From assembly GCA_963699545.1 (NCBI GenBank), contig CAVOUE010000005.1, forward strand, positions 284,570 through 316,569: 32,000 nucleotides of DNA, written 5' to 3'. This document shows, in pieces, positions 25,506 to 32,000 of this stretch (positions are counted from its first letter, which is position 1; the number at the start of each line of letters is the position of its first letter). The translations under genes were made by a program, and so were the position numbers. This DNA comes from Nitrospirota bacterium (GTDB lineage: Bacteria > Nitrospirota > Thermodesulfovibrionia > Thermodesulfovibrionales > UBA9159). The notes beneath the pieces were generated by a model. That model had not been told where the DNA came from, ran no database searches, and saw nothing but the letters and a program-made list of their open reading frames with translations.

Positions 25506-26489
25506 CTATGGCACCTTATTCCGCACCTCAAACAGCATCGCGTCCGGGCTTCCTCCCCTCTGGTACGTGAGCGCCAGTTTACCGAGCAGAAAGCCGAATT
25601 TCTTTATTGCGCCCAGCTGGTTAAAAAAGCGGCCCTCCAGCACCATGGTCTGCTCGCTGCATGCCATTCGCGTCGAGCCGATCTGACCAACCGAGATATC
25701 GCCCGCCATGTCACTATCGCTCGCGCTGGCAAAGTAGCGGTTACACCCCCCGCTGCCGGTGAACTGCCCGTTCAGGTAACGGAGGGTAATGAGCGGCTCG
25801 GCCGGCGCCGGCTCGTTCCCACCCCATTGCCTGAGCACCCACTCTGTTGCCGCAATGCTCTGGAGTGAGAGCCTGCCCGGCTTGTCCTCGGTGACAACCG
25901 GATCCAGCACTCCTCCCGGCTCAAGCACCCAGCCGACGGTCGCAACCTCGCCCGGGCAGCAGGCAAAGTCTGAGGGACCGCCTCTTACCACTTCGAGAAT
26001 AATAGACCGTCCCTTGATCCTTCCACCGCGAACCTGCACACGGTCACCGATAAACTTTGTGGCGATGTTTTGCGGCTCACCACCACGCCGACTGACGACC
26101 GCAACATAGAGGAATTGACCGGTGCCGCCAGTGCCGAGCTTGAGCAGAGTGACCGCTTCATCGAAGCCGTCACCATCGAGGTCCCCGGTGACAATAAAAT
26201 CTGAGAGGAGACTGAGTATCGGTCTTACCGCACCGCCCTCGCTGTAGGCGGGACCTTCCCACCTGCCGCCAATGAGGCGCACGGAGCCTTTGATCCCTTC
26301 ACAACCGTCAAATCCAGTATAGACGGCGTTCTCCAGCTCTGCACGGGTGGGAGCCGTGGATACGCTCACCGCTCCTCCGGCCGTCTCGCTCCCGGCGGCA
26401 AAGGATTCAACGTAACTGCCGAAGGCAAGAAAGACAAGAAGGGACAGCAGAACACAGGGCCCTATCCGATACCGACCGGCACATTCCAT
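25506..26489 (-). CDS. Secreted protein with a C-terminal META (HslJ-like) domain
   Basis: Signal-like N-terminus. FG-GAP/VCBS-like GDLDGDGFDEA. C-terminal WVLRQW...ITLRYLNGQFTGSGGCNRYFASA...IGSTRMACSE...LEGRFFNQL is the META-domain pattern. Confidence 0.75.
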   Translation of the reverse strand: MECAGRYRIGPCVLLSLLVFLAFGSYVESFAAGSETAGGAVSVSTAPTRAELENAVYTGFDGCEGIKGSVRLIGGRWEGPAYSEGGAVRPILSLLSDFIVTGDLDGDGFDEAVTLLKLGTGGTGQFLYVAVVSRRGGEPQNIATKFIGDRVQVRGGRIKGRSIILEVVRGGPSDFACCPGEVATVGWVLEPGGVLDPVVTEDKPGRLSLQSIAATEWVLRQWGGNEPAPAEPLITLRYLNGQFTGSGGCNRYFASASDSDMAGDISVGQIGSTRMACSEQTMVLEGRFFNQLGAIKKFGFLLGKLALTYQRGGSPDAMLFEVRNKVP

Positions 26490-26595
26490 CTTCCGTCAAC
26501 CTCCTCCCACGGTCTGTTGATCACATGCAGACTAAAATAAAGGCACGGCCTGAACGCCTACCCCACTTCACTGCGGGTTCCCTCTCAGCCGATCA

Positions 26596-27171
26596 CTACC
26601 TTCGGATACTCTTCCCGATAGAGAAAGCCTCTCCGAGATAGTCGCCGACTTTATGATAGTGACGTACGTCCGGGCTAAAGATGATAGGTCTCACTTTTTC
26701 GATGTCAGGAACTCCTTTTTCGCTGAGCACGGATTCATCTGCCTTGACATCAAAGATCTCTCCGATAAATTGGGTGTGAAGTCCAATTTCTATGACATGA
26801 ATGACTTTACACTCCAGGACCAAGGGAAATTCTTTCAAATAAGGGGCATCGACCAGCTCACTTTTTACAGGGGTAAATCCGGTGGCGGCAAACTTGTCCT
26901 CATTCCTGCCCGAAACCGATCCAAAATAATCGGCTTCCCTGGCATACACTTCAGACGGAATGTTCAGAGTAAATGCCTTTCGTTCCACAATGTTGCCGTA
27001 ACTATATGTCGCTTTCCTGAGAGAAATCGCCACACAGGGAGGCTGAGAACAGCAAATCCCTCCCCATGCAATAGTCATAACGTTCGGTTTCCCTTCCTTA
27101 TCGTATGTTCCGACAACCCATACCGGTGTCGGGTACACTAGTGTTTTCGCACCCAATGACTTCTTTATCAT
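26596..27171 (-). CDS. Flavin reductase-like FMN-binding split-barrel protein
   Basis: [61 protein letters not shown] is typical of the Flavin_Reduct domain. 191 aa. Confidence 0.8.
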   Translation of the reverse strand: MIKKSLGAKTLVYPTPVWVVGTYDKEGKPNVMTIAWGGICCSQPPCVAISLRKATYSYGNIVERKAFTLNIPSEVYAREADYFGSVSGRNEDKFAATGFTPVKSELVDAPYLKEFPLVLECKVIHVIEIGLHTQFIGEIFDVKADESVLSEKGVPDIEKVRPIIFSPDVRHYHKVGDYLGEAFSIGKSIRR

Positions 27172-27359
27172 AGTATCCTCCCAGGCCGTGTTGAGAATTG
27201 TCGCATTTCTCCCGCCATTCTTCCCATTTTAGCAGATAGAATGAATGAATGTTGGAGCAGGAGGGCGTGGCTGTTGCGGCATTATGAAATTTGACTATGC
27301 CGCTCAGCGGTGCTAAAGTGTTCCTGGATATAAGAAAAACAAGAACAGGGAGTGATCGT

Positions 27360-27967
27360 GTGAAAAAGTGTGCGTTTCTCATTGTACCTGTGATGATCAC
27401 GTTTGCAATGCTTGCGGGGTCCTGTGAGGGCGGTGATTCTGCCATTAAGGTCGGGCTGATAGTAGAATTGACCGGCGATATCCCGGCTGTCGGCGCATCC
27501 TGCAAGGATTCAGCCGAAATGGCCGTCAGGGAAATAAACGAAGCAGGCCCATCGTCCTGAGATCAAGGCCCCGTTCCTCGGCAGCGATTCATGGGGCAGC
27601 CACGACCTCGTCAAACTCTGTGGCGGAGATTGCGGGGGGGTACTATTTCAGCACCCACTATTCCGCCGGGTCTCCGGCCCCTGCGGCGAGAAAATTCGTC
27701 CGGGCGTATACTACGGCATACGGAAAGACCCCTGATGACGTGGCCGCGCTGACCTACGACTCCTTCGGACTGCTGGGGCAGGCCTTCATGAGAGCAGAAA
27801 GGCTCGACCGGCAAGCAGTGCGGGATGCGCTGGCAAGGATACGGGGATATGAAGGAGTAACGGGCAGAATGCAGTTTCGCGACGACTCCGGGGATCCGAT
27901 CAAAAGCGCCGTTATCCTCCAGATAAAGGATGGGCAGTTCATCTGGTTTGCTGACGCCCAGCCCTGA
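27360..27967 (+). pseudogene. Remnant of a LivK-type (branched-chain amino acid / Peripla_BP_6) lipoprotein, with an internal deletion plus a frameshift
   Basis: GTG start with GGGAG SD. Lipobox MLAGS-C, then IKVGLIVELTGDIPAVGASCKDSAEMAVREINEAG. The sequence then jumps to the C-terminal third in a second frame (IKAPFLGSDSWGSHDLVKL) and, after a G7 run (27634-27640), to a third frame (AGGYYFSTHYS...YGKTPDDVAALTYDS...YEGVTGRMQFRDDSGDPIK). About 200 aa of a normal ~380-aa protein are missing. Confidence 0.7.
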
Positions 27968-28075
27968 GCCCGCAGAGAATAAGCGGGCCGCGCGTAGCGC
28001 GATTGAAGACTGTTGGAAGGTTGACGGGGCCGCTACGCTTCGCTATCATATGATCAAGAGGAGACCCTGAGGGAA

Positions 28076-28978
28076 ATGTCAATGCGATCTTTCAAGGAAA
28101 TCAAGCACGATTACCGCTTTGCCGAGGACGACGAAAAACGACTCGCGGCGCTCCAACCCCTCATGGAAGAGCACGCTGATGAGATCATGAGCACGCTCAA
28201 CCTCTGGTTCATCGGAACCAAGGGCGCCTCCACGTTTTTTACGGCCGAGACGCTGAAGACCCACGTCTTTAATACGCAGAGGATGTGGTTTGCGAAGCTC
28301 TTTTCCGGAACCTATGATAACCGGTTTTATGAGCAACTGATCAAGATAGGCTCCGCGCATGTGCGCCGCAATGTCGATGTCCACTATCTGCAGCGTGCAG
28401 CAAATATCATCAAGAACTCCTGCACCGGGATCCTCTCGAAGGTGGAAGTGCCGGTGGCGGAGATCACCAGCAACATCATCAGTGTCGGGAAGATCATCGA
28501 AATCAGCATGAGCGTGATCGTGAGCGCTTACATCGAGGAAGAGATGCGCCTCTACTCTCCTGTCTACAAAGTGAAGAGCGTCCTCATCAGCTTTTCGGAG
28601 CGGTTCTCCCAGGCCACCAATTTCATGCTGGTGTTTGCGCTCATCGGTCTGACGATTGGCGTTGTCTGGCTCTTCCTCCGGGATGTGGTCCATATCTTCT
28701 CGGGGGATATCGAGAAGGGCGTTATCTCTGCCCTCGGGTCGATGCTTCTCCTCTGGCTCATGATAGAACTTATGAACACGGAGATCTCTCACCTCAAAGG
28801 AGGCAAATTTCATGTAAGCATATTCGTAGGCGTTGCACTGGTGACGATGATCCGGGAGACGATGATCGCAACTCTCCGCCATGAACAACCGGAGTTCATT
28901 TACTACCTTATTGCCGGGATACTCGTCATAGGCTTCGTATACTGGATCGTCACGAAGACCGAAGACCGGCAGAAATAA
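28076..28978 (+). CDS. Protoglobin (globin-coupled-sensor) domain fused to a PsiE-like four-helix membrane domain
   Basis: N-terminus: FAEDDEKRLAALQPLMEEHADEIMSTLNLWF...TYDNRFYEQLIKIGSAHVRRNVDVHYL (proximal His H95). C-terminus: LLLWLMIELMNTEISHLKGGKFHVSIFVGVALVTMIRE resembles the PsiE core. An alternative start at 28082 has better SD spacing. Confidence 0.8.
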   Translation: MSMRSFKEIKHDYRFAEDDEKRLAALQPLMEEHADEIMSTLNLWFIGTKGASTFFTAETLKTHVFNTQRMWFAKLFSGTYDNRFYEQLIKIGSAHVRRNVDVHYLQRAANIIKNSCTGILSKVEVPVAEITSNIISVGKIIEISMSVIVSAYIEEEMRLYSPVYKVKSVLISFSERFSQATNFMLVFALIGLTIGVVWLFLRDVVHIFSGDIEKGVISALGSMLLLWLMIELMNTEISHLKGGKFHVSIFVGVALVTMIRETMIATLRHEQPEFIYYLIAGILVIGFVYWIVTKTEDRQK

Positions 28979-28995
28979 AATAATGGTAAAATAAT

Positions 28996-29012
28996 GGGGA
29001 CACATCCCCTTT
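28996..29012 (+). terminator. Weak rho-independent terminator candidate after the globin-PsiE gene
   Basis: GGGGA-caca-TCCCC followed by TTT, 18 nt past the stop codon. Confidence 0.3.
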
Positions 29013-29238
29013 CCAGATGAGATGGTAACGTACAAAAAATTAAGCGTGAAAAGTAACGGCAACATGGCCTCATCTCCACGACACTCAACCGTTCCTATTT
29101 TCCCCGGTATCCATTAAGAATTTCAATGCATTCTGCGTGTGAAGTTTCAGCTGTTCTTTGCTGGAGGCAGCTTTAAATAGAAGTTGCCGCAAAGAAACAC
29201 TTTAGAAATATGATTTTTGGATAGCGTAAACTAAAAGG

Positions 29239-29916
29239 ATGAACGATCTCAACATTCGAGCACTCCGCTCAACTCTCTTTGGCACTATCGTCATGGCGGC
29301 ACTTCTCTTTATTCCCGCGGGGACGCTCGACTACTGGCAGGGATGGGCCTTTATGGCCGTCTTTGTGGGAGCGTCTGCCGCTATCACGGTGTTTCTCGCG
29401 ATAAAGGATCCGAAGCTCCTCGAGCGGCGCATGAGGGCGGGACCAACGGCGGAAAAAGAACCGACGCAAAAAATCATAATGTTTTTTGCGATGGCAGGAT
29501 TTATCGCCTTGATCGTTTTTCCCCCACTTGATCATCGCTTTGGATGGTCTCCTGTGCCGTCGTATATATCCTTTGCGGGAGACGCACTCATCGCGCTCGG
29601 ATTTCTTCTCATCTTCTTTGTGGTCCGGGTAAATACCTACGGCGCTTCCACGATTCAGATAGCCGAGGGCCAGAAGGTCATCTCTACGGGCCCGTACGCC
29701 CTCGTGCGGCATCCTATGTATGCCGGAGCGCTTCCTTTACTTGCAGGAGTGCCGCTTGCTCTTGGTTCCTGGTGGGGATTGTCCGGGCTTGTCCTGTTCC
29801 TGCCTGCGCTCGTATGGCGGCTTCTTGATGAAGAGAAGTTCTTGAAGAAGAATCTGCCCGGATATGCGGAATATTGTGAGAAAGTACGTTACAGGCTCAT
29901 TCCTTTTGTTTGGTAA
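29239..29916 (+). CDS. Isoprenylcysteine carboxyl methyltransferase (ICMT/PEMT) family membrane methyltransferase
   Basis: Multi-TM protein with the C-terminal SAM-binding signature GPYALVRHPMYAGALPLLAGVPLALGSWWGL...LLDEEKFLKKNLPGYAEYCEKVRYRLIP. Confidence 0.8.
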   Translation: MNDLNIRALRSTLFGTIVMAALLFIPAGTLDYWQGWAFMAVFVGASAAITVFLAIKDPKLLERRMRAGPTAEKEPTQKIIMFFAMAGFIALIVFPPLDHRFGWSPVPSYISFAGDALIALGFLLIFFVVRVNTYGASTIQIAEGQKVISTGPYALVRHPMYAGALPLLAGVPLALGSWWGLSGLVLFLPALVWRLLDEEKFLKKNLPGYAEYCEKVRYRLIPFVW

Positions 29917-29970
29917 AGAATTCAAAGTGGAAAATACCGGGGAACATCCTTTTTCTCAATCGCCTTCCCC

Positions 29971-30170
29971 GACGTCAAACGGGGTTATTCGCGCCCGCGC
30001 TCCCAGGGCAACTTATTTCGCACCTCAAACAGCATCACGTCCTGACTTCCTCCCCTCTGGTACGTAAACGCCAGGTTACCGAGCAGAAAGCCGAATTTCT
30101 TTATTGCGCCCAGTTGGTAACCTCCTCCCACGGTCTTCGGATTTTTCGGACCCAATGACTTCTTCATCAT
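29971..30170 (-). repeat. Mosaic fossil copy of the META / flavin-reductase locus (three colinear fragments of 25474-27171)
   Basis: 29971-30118 is ~88% identical to 25474-25622 (the 3' end of the META gene plus downstream). 30119-30136 is identical to 26498-26515 (the SD region upstream of the META gene). 30143-30170 matches 27144-27171 in 26/28 positions (the first codons of the flavin reductase). The chimeric 61-aa ORF 29985-30170 reads MMKKSLGPKN...QLGAIKKFGFLLGNLAFTYQRGGSQDVMLFEVRNK. Confidence 0.8.
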
Positions 30171-30171
30171 A

Positions 30172-31273
30172 TCACCGCGCCTGACCGGTAATATCCGTGA
30201 TCACTTCAGGTGTTCCGAACATCGGGATTCGCTTCACCACGGTCCCCGAAAAATCGAGCGCATTCAGATCGATCTTCCGGAGATTCTGGTTCTCGTATGT
30301 TTTAAAGTAGAAAATACGATGAGTAATATCCCGGAAAGAGGCCCACTGGGTCGATTCTTTAAGAACGGTTTTCTTGTCCGCCGAAGTATCGGTCACCATG
30401 CCGATAGGGATATCGAACGTGTTCATGATATGCAGGGCAAGATTCAGATTTCCCGCCGCATCAGGAGCTTTATCGGATAACAGGGTCAGAACGGCAAGCC
30501 GCACGAACCTGCTCGGCGGGGTGAGGTCTCCCCGGGAGGCCGAACATTCCGGACCCATGGCCCGTTGGCAGAAGGGTGCGCCCGAATATACGATACGGTT
30601 CGGGACTCTCGGTCTTTATGTCGAGATACTGCCGCAGGTTCGTCAGGTGCCAGGGGAATGACGGGGCATTCGTCATGATCCCGAGGGGATTGTCGTAGAT
30701 GTTACACGTGCCGTTTTCATATTCAATAACGATACAACCGCCGCTTGCATCATACACGATGAAATGCACGGGCGACGATATTTTCGTCACGGGGTCCGTA
30801 TACTTGAAGACCTTCAGTTTCCTGATCTCACGCCTCACCTCTTCCACACTTGCGAAGTTGCCGAGTATCCAATCTCCGACCATGCCCTGCGCGAGAGAGC
30901 GGCTCATCTCGCCCGGGGCAACATCTTGCCATATCGTGTCTATCTCGAACCACAGCATACCGATGGCAAGCCCTTTCTCGTTCATACCGTCTGATACGCC
31001 GTAGTCCATTCCGAAGGCTGCTACGCCGACGTACCCATAGCGCGTGTTCCAGATCACTCCTTCTTTCCCATCAGGGGAAGGACTTGCATAGGCCTTGTTC
31101 CGGGGAACTACAATAGCATCGTATTTCATATCCACCCCAAACTCCAATGAACGTCCTATGATCATCGATCCGTCGCCTGCTTTCAGCCGAAACACGGTGC
31201 AAGAGTCCGCAGGCAGAGGGGACAATCCCAATAAGAACAAACCACCTATAAGCATCACCATTATTCTTTGCAT
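30172..31273 (-). pseudogene. Choloylglycine hydrolase / penicillin V acylase family (Ntn hydrolase), interrupted by a 1-nt frameshift near 30529
   Basis: Signal MQRIMVMLIGGLFLLGLSPLPADS followed by the nucleophile Cys (CTVFRLKAGDGSMIIGRSLEF), NEKGLAIGMLWF, and TNAPSFPWHLTNLRQY. The first ORF ends GHGSGMFGLPG then goes out of frame. The second ORF continues GDLTPPSRFVRLAVL... AAGGAG SD before the ATG at 31273. Confidence 0.8.
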
Positions 31274-31426
31274 GGCACGCTCCTTTTGCATACTATTTCC
31301 TGATGCTCCCGGCGGGCGACCTCCCCTTTCCTGCCAGACTATAGCACAGGGGGACAGGCTTCGCAAGAATTTGTTCCTGCCTTGAAGGTTTGGCTCGTGA
31401 GTCCAAAGAAAAAGGTATAATAGTTC

Positions 31427-31600
31427 ATGGAAACCTGTCCTGTTTGCGAGCAACCTGTCGCTGCATGCATCTGCTGTCCCGAATGAGGGCATGTCTGCCT
31501 CCTGGATCTTGGAGAGCCCTACTGCCCGGTCTGTAAACCCGCGCCTGCATCGAACGACGATACAACCACCGGCACGCGGGAGCGGGAAGCCGGGCCATAA
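31427..31600 (+). CDS. Speculative 57-codon Cys-rich zinc-ribbon-like ORF with an in-frame TGA (candidate selenocysteine, CPEU motif); otherwise a 19-aa peptide
   Basis: My translation: METCPVCEQPVAACICCPE-TGA-GHVCLLDLGEPYCPVCKPAPASNDDTTTGTREREAGP-TAA. Two CPVC knuckles flank the TGA. A stem-loop starts immediately 3' of the TGA. TATAAT is at 31416-31421. Confidence 0.2.
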
Positions 31601-31648
31601 GCCTTGCGCAGGGAAGCCCTTCCAAGCTGAATAAGAGGAGAACTTTTG

Positions 31649-31657
31649 TGGTATAAT
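31649..31657 (+). promoter_or_regulatory. Extended -10 box TGGTATAAT, 5 nt upstream of the nfeD ATG (possible leaderless transcript)
   Basis: Perfect TGnTATAAT. The ATG is at 31663. The only SD-like element (GAGGAG, 31635-31640) lies 22 nt upstream, too far to serve this ATG. Confidence 0.35.
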
Positions 31658-31662
31658 CTTTT

Positions 31663-32000
31663 ATGCATAGCAGGCGCATCTTACCCTTACTGCTTGTTAC
31701 CTTTCTTCTCTCAATTGTCCCCCCTCTTTCTTCAAATGAAACTCCACGGGAGGTGATGGTCATCACCGTGGACGGCGTCATCAACCCTGTCTCATCGGAA
31801 TATATCGGAAAAAGCATCAGGAAGGCAGTCAGCAAAGGGATGGAAGCGCTGGTGATAGAACTGGATACCCCGGGAGGTCTGGACACGTCGATGAGGAGGA
31901 TTGTGAAAGACATTGTGAGCAGTGAAGTGCCGGTGGCGGTGTACGTTGCACCCAGCGGCGCACGGGCGGCATCTGCAGGGCGTATTCTTGACGCTTGCGG
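31663..32000 (+). CDS. nfeD: NfeD-family membrane-bound serine protease (ClpP class), 5' partial; continues past the window end
   Basis: Not in the ORF track because it has no stop within the window. My translation: MHSRRILPLLLVTFLLSIVPPLSS...VMVITVDGVINPVSSEYIGKSIRKAVSKGMEALVIELDTPGGLDTSMRRIVKDIVSSEVPVAVYVAPSGARAASAG, the NfeD N-terminal protease signature. Confidence 0.8.
   Translation, partial: MHSRRILPLLLVTFLLSIVPPLSSNETPREVMVITVDGVINPVSSEYIGKSIRKAVSKGMEALVIELDTPGGLDTSMRRIVKDIVSSEVPVAVYVAPSGARAASAGRILDAC

Noticed and set aside
28079-29065. A 328-aa ORF antisense to the globin-PsiE gene
   Set aside because: The plus strand has two recognisable domains and TM helices. The antisense product is Asp/His/Arg-rich with no motif. 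It is a typical long antisense ORF from a GC-rich third-position bias.
31425-31913. A 162-aa minus-strand ORF at the window end
   Set aside because: It is antisense to the clearly recognisable nfeD 5' region and has no motif.
1-32000. A search by eye for CRISPR arrays, IS elements with terminal inverted repeats, rRNA/tRNA genes and integrases
   Set aside because: I saw no regularly spaced direct repeats, no transposase-like ORF and no rRNA- or tRNA-like sequence. This negative result comes only from visual inspection and should be confirmed with tRNAscan-SE, Infernal, ISfinder and a CRISPR finder.

Overview
This is a 32-kb chromosomal segment of a diderm, LPS-making bacterium. By eye it is mid-50s %GC, and most genes are on the minus strand. 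All product calls come from motif recognition by eye; no database search was possible.

Gene order:
(1) 1-6.6 kb: a membrane-protein tail translationally coupled to a SPASM-type radical SAM enzyme, then an OM beta-barrel, a lipoprotein, a PHP phosphoesterase and a FAD-oxidoreductase / B12-radical-SAM operon.
(2) 6.8-13.1 kb: a sulfur-trafficking neighbourhood. It holds a yeeE/yedE - tusA-like - GGYG-repeat protein - usp string, an ArnT/PMT-like GT-C glycosyltransferase, a dsrE-like / 56-aa DsrH-like ORF (absent from the ORF track) / periplasmic rhodanese string, and a periplasmic thioredoxin-fold protein.
(3) 13.1-15.7 kb: LPS inner-core genes waaC and a waaF::gmhB fusion.
(4) 15.7-17.7 kb: an islet holding a RelE/RHH toxin-antitoxin pair and, in its sharply low-GC part (16.5-17.6 kb), an orphan 314-aa protein carrying a PD-(D/E)xK-like motif. 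This is my best candidate for something new, possibly a defence gene.
(5) 17.8-23.4 kb: housekeeping genes rlpA, hslU, hslV, xerC (frame-broken), trmFO and dedA.
(6) 23.4-31.6 kb: an accessory, partly decaying region. It contains a SYLF-domain protein, a META/HslJ-domain protein, a flavin reductase, a remnant of a LivK-type binding protein, a protoglobin::PsiE-like membrane fusion and an ICMT-family methyltransferase. It also contains a 200-bp mosaic fossil of the META/flavin-reductase locus, a frame-broken choloylglycine-hydrolase-family gene, and a tiny Cys-rich ORF with an in-frame TGA in a CxxU context.
(7) The 5' part of nfeD runs off the window end.

I saw no rRNA, tRNA, CRISPR array, transposase or integrase other than xerC. 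Four reading-frame discontinuities sit in or next to homopolymer or repeat tracts, so sequencing error is a live alternative to pseudogenisation.
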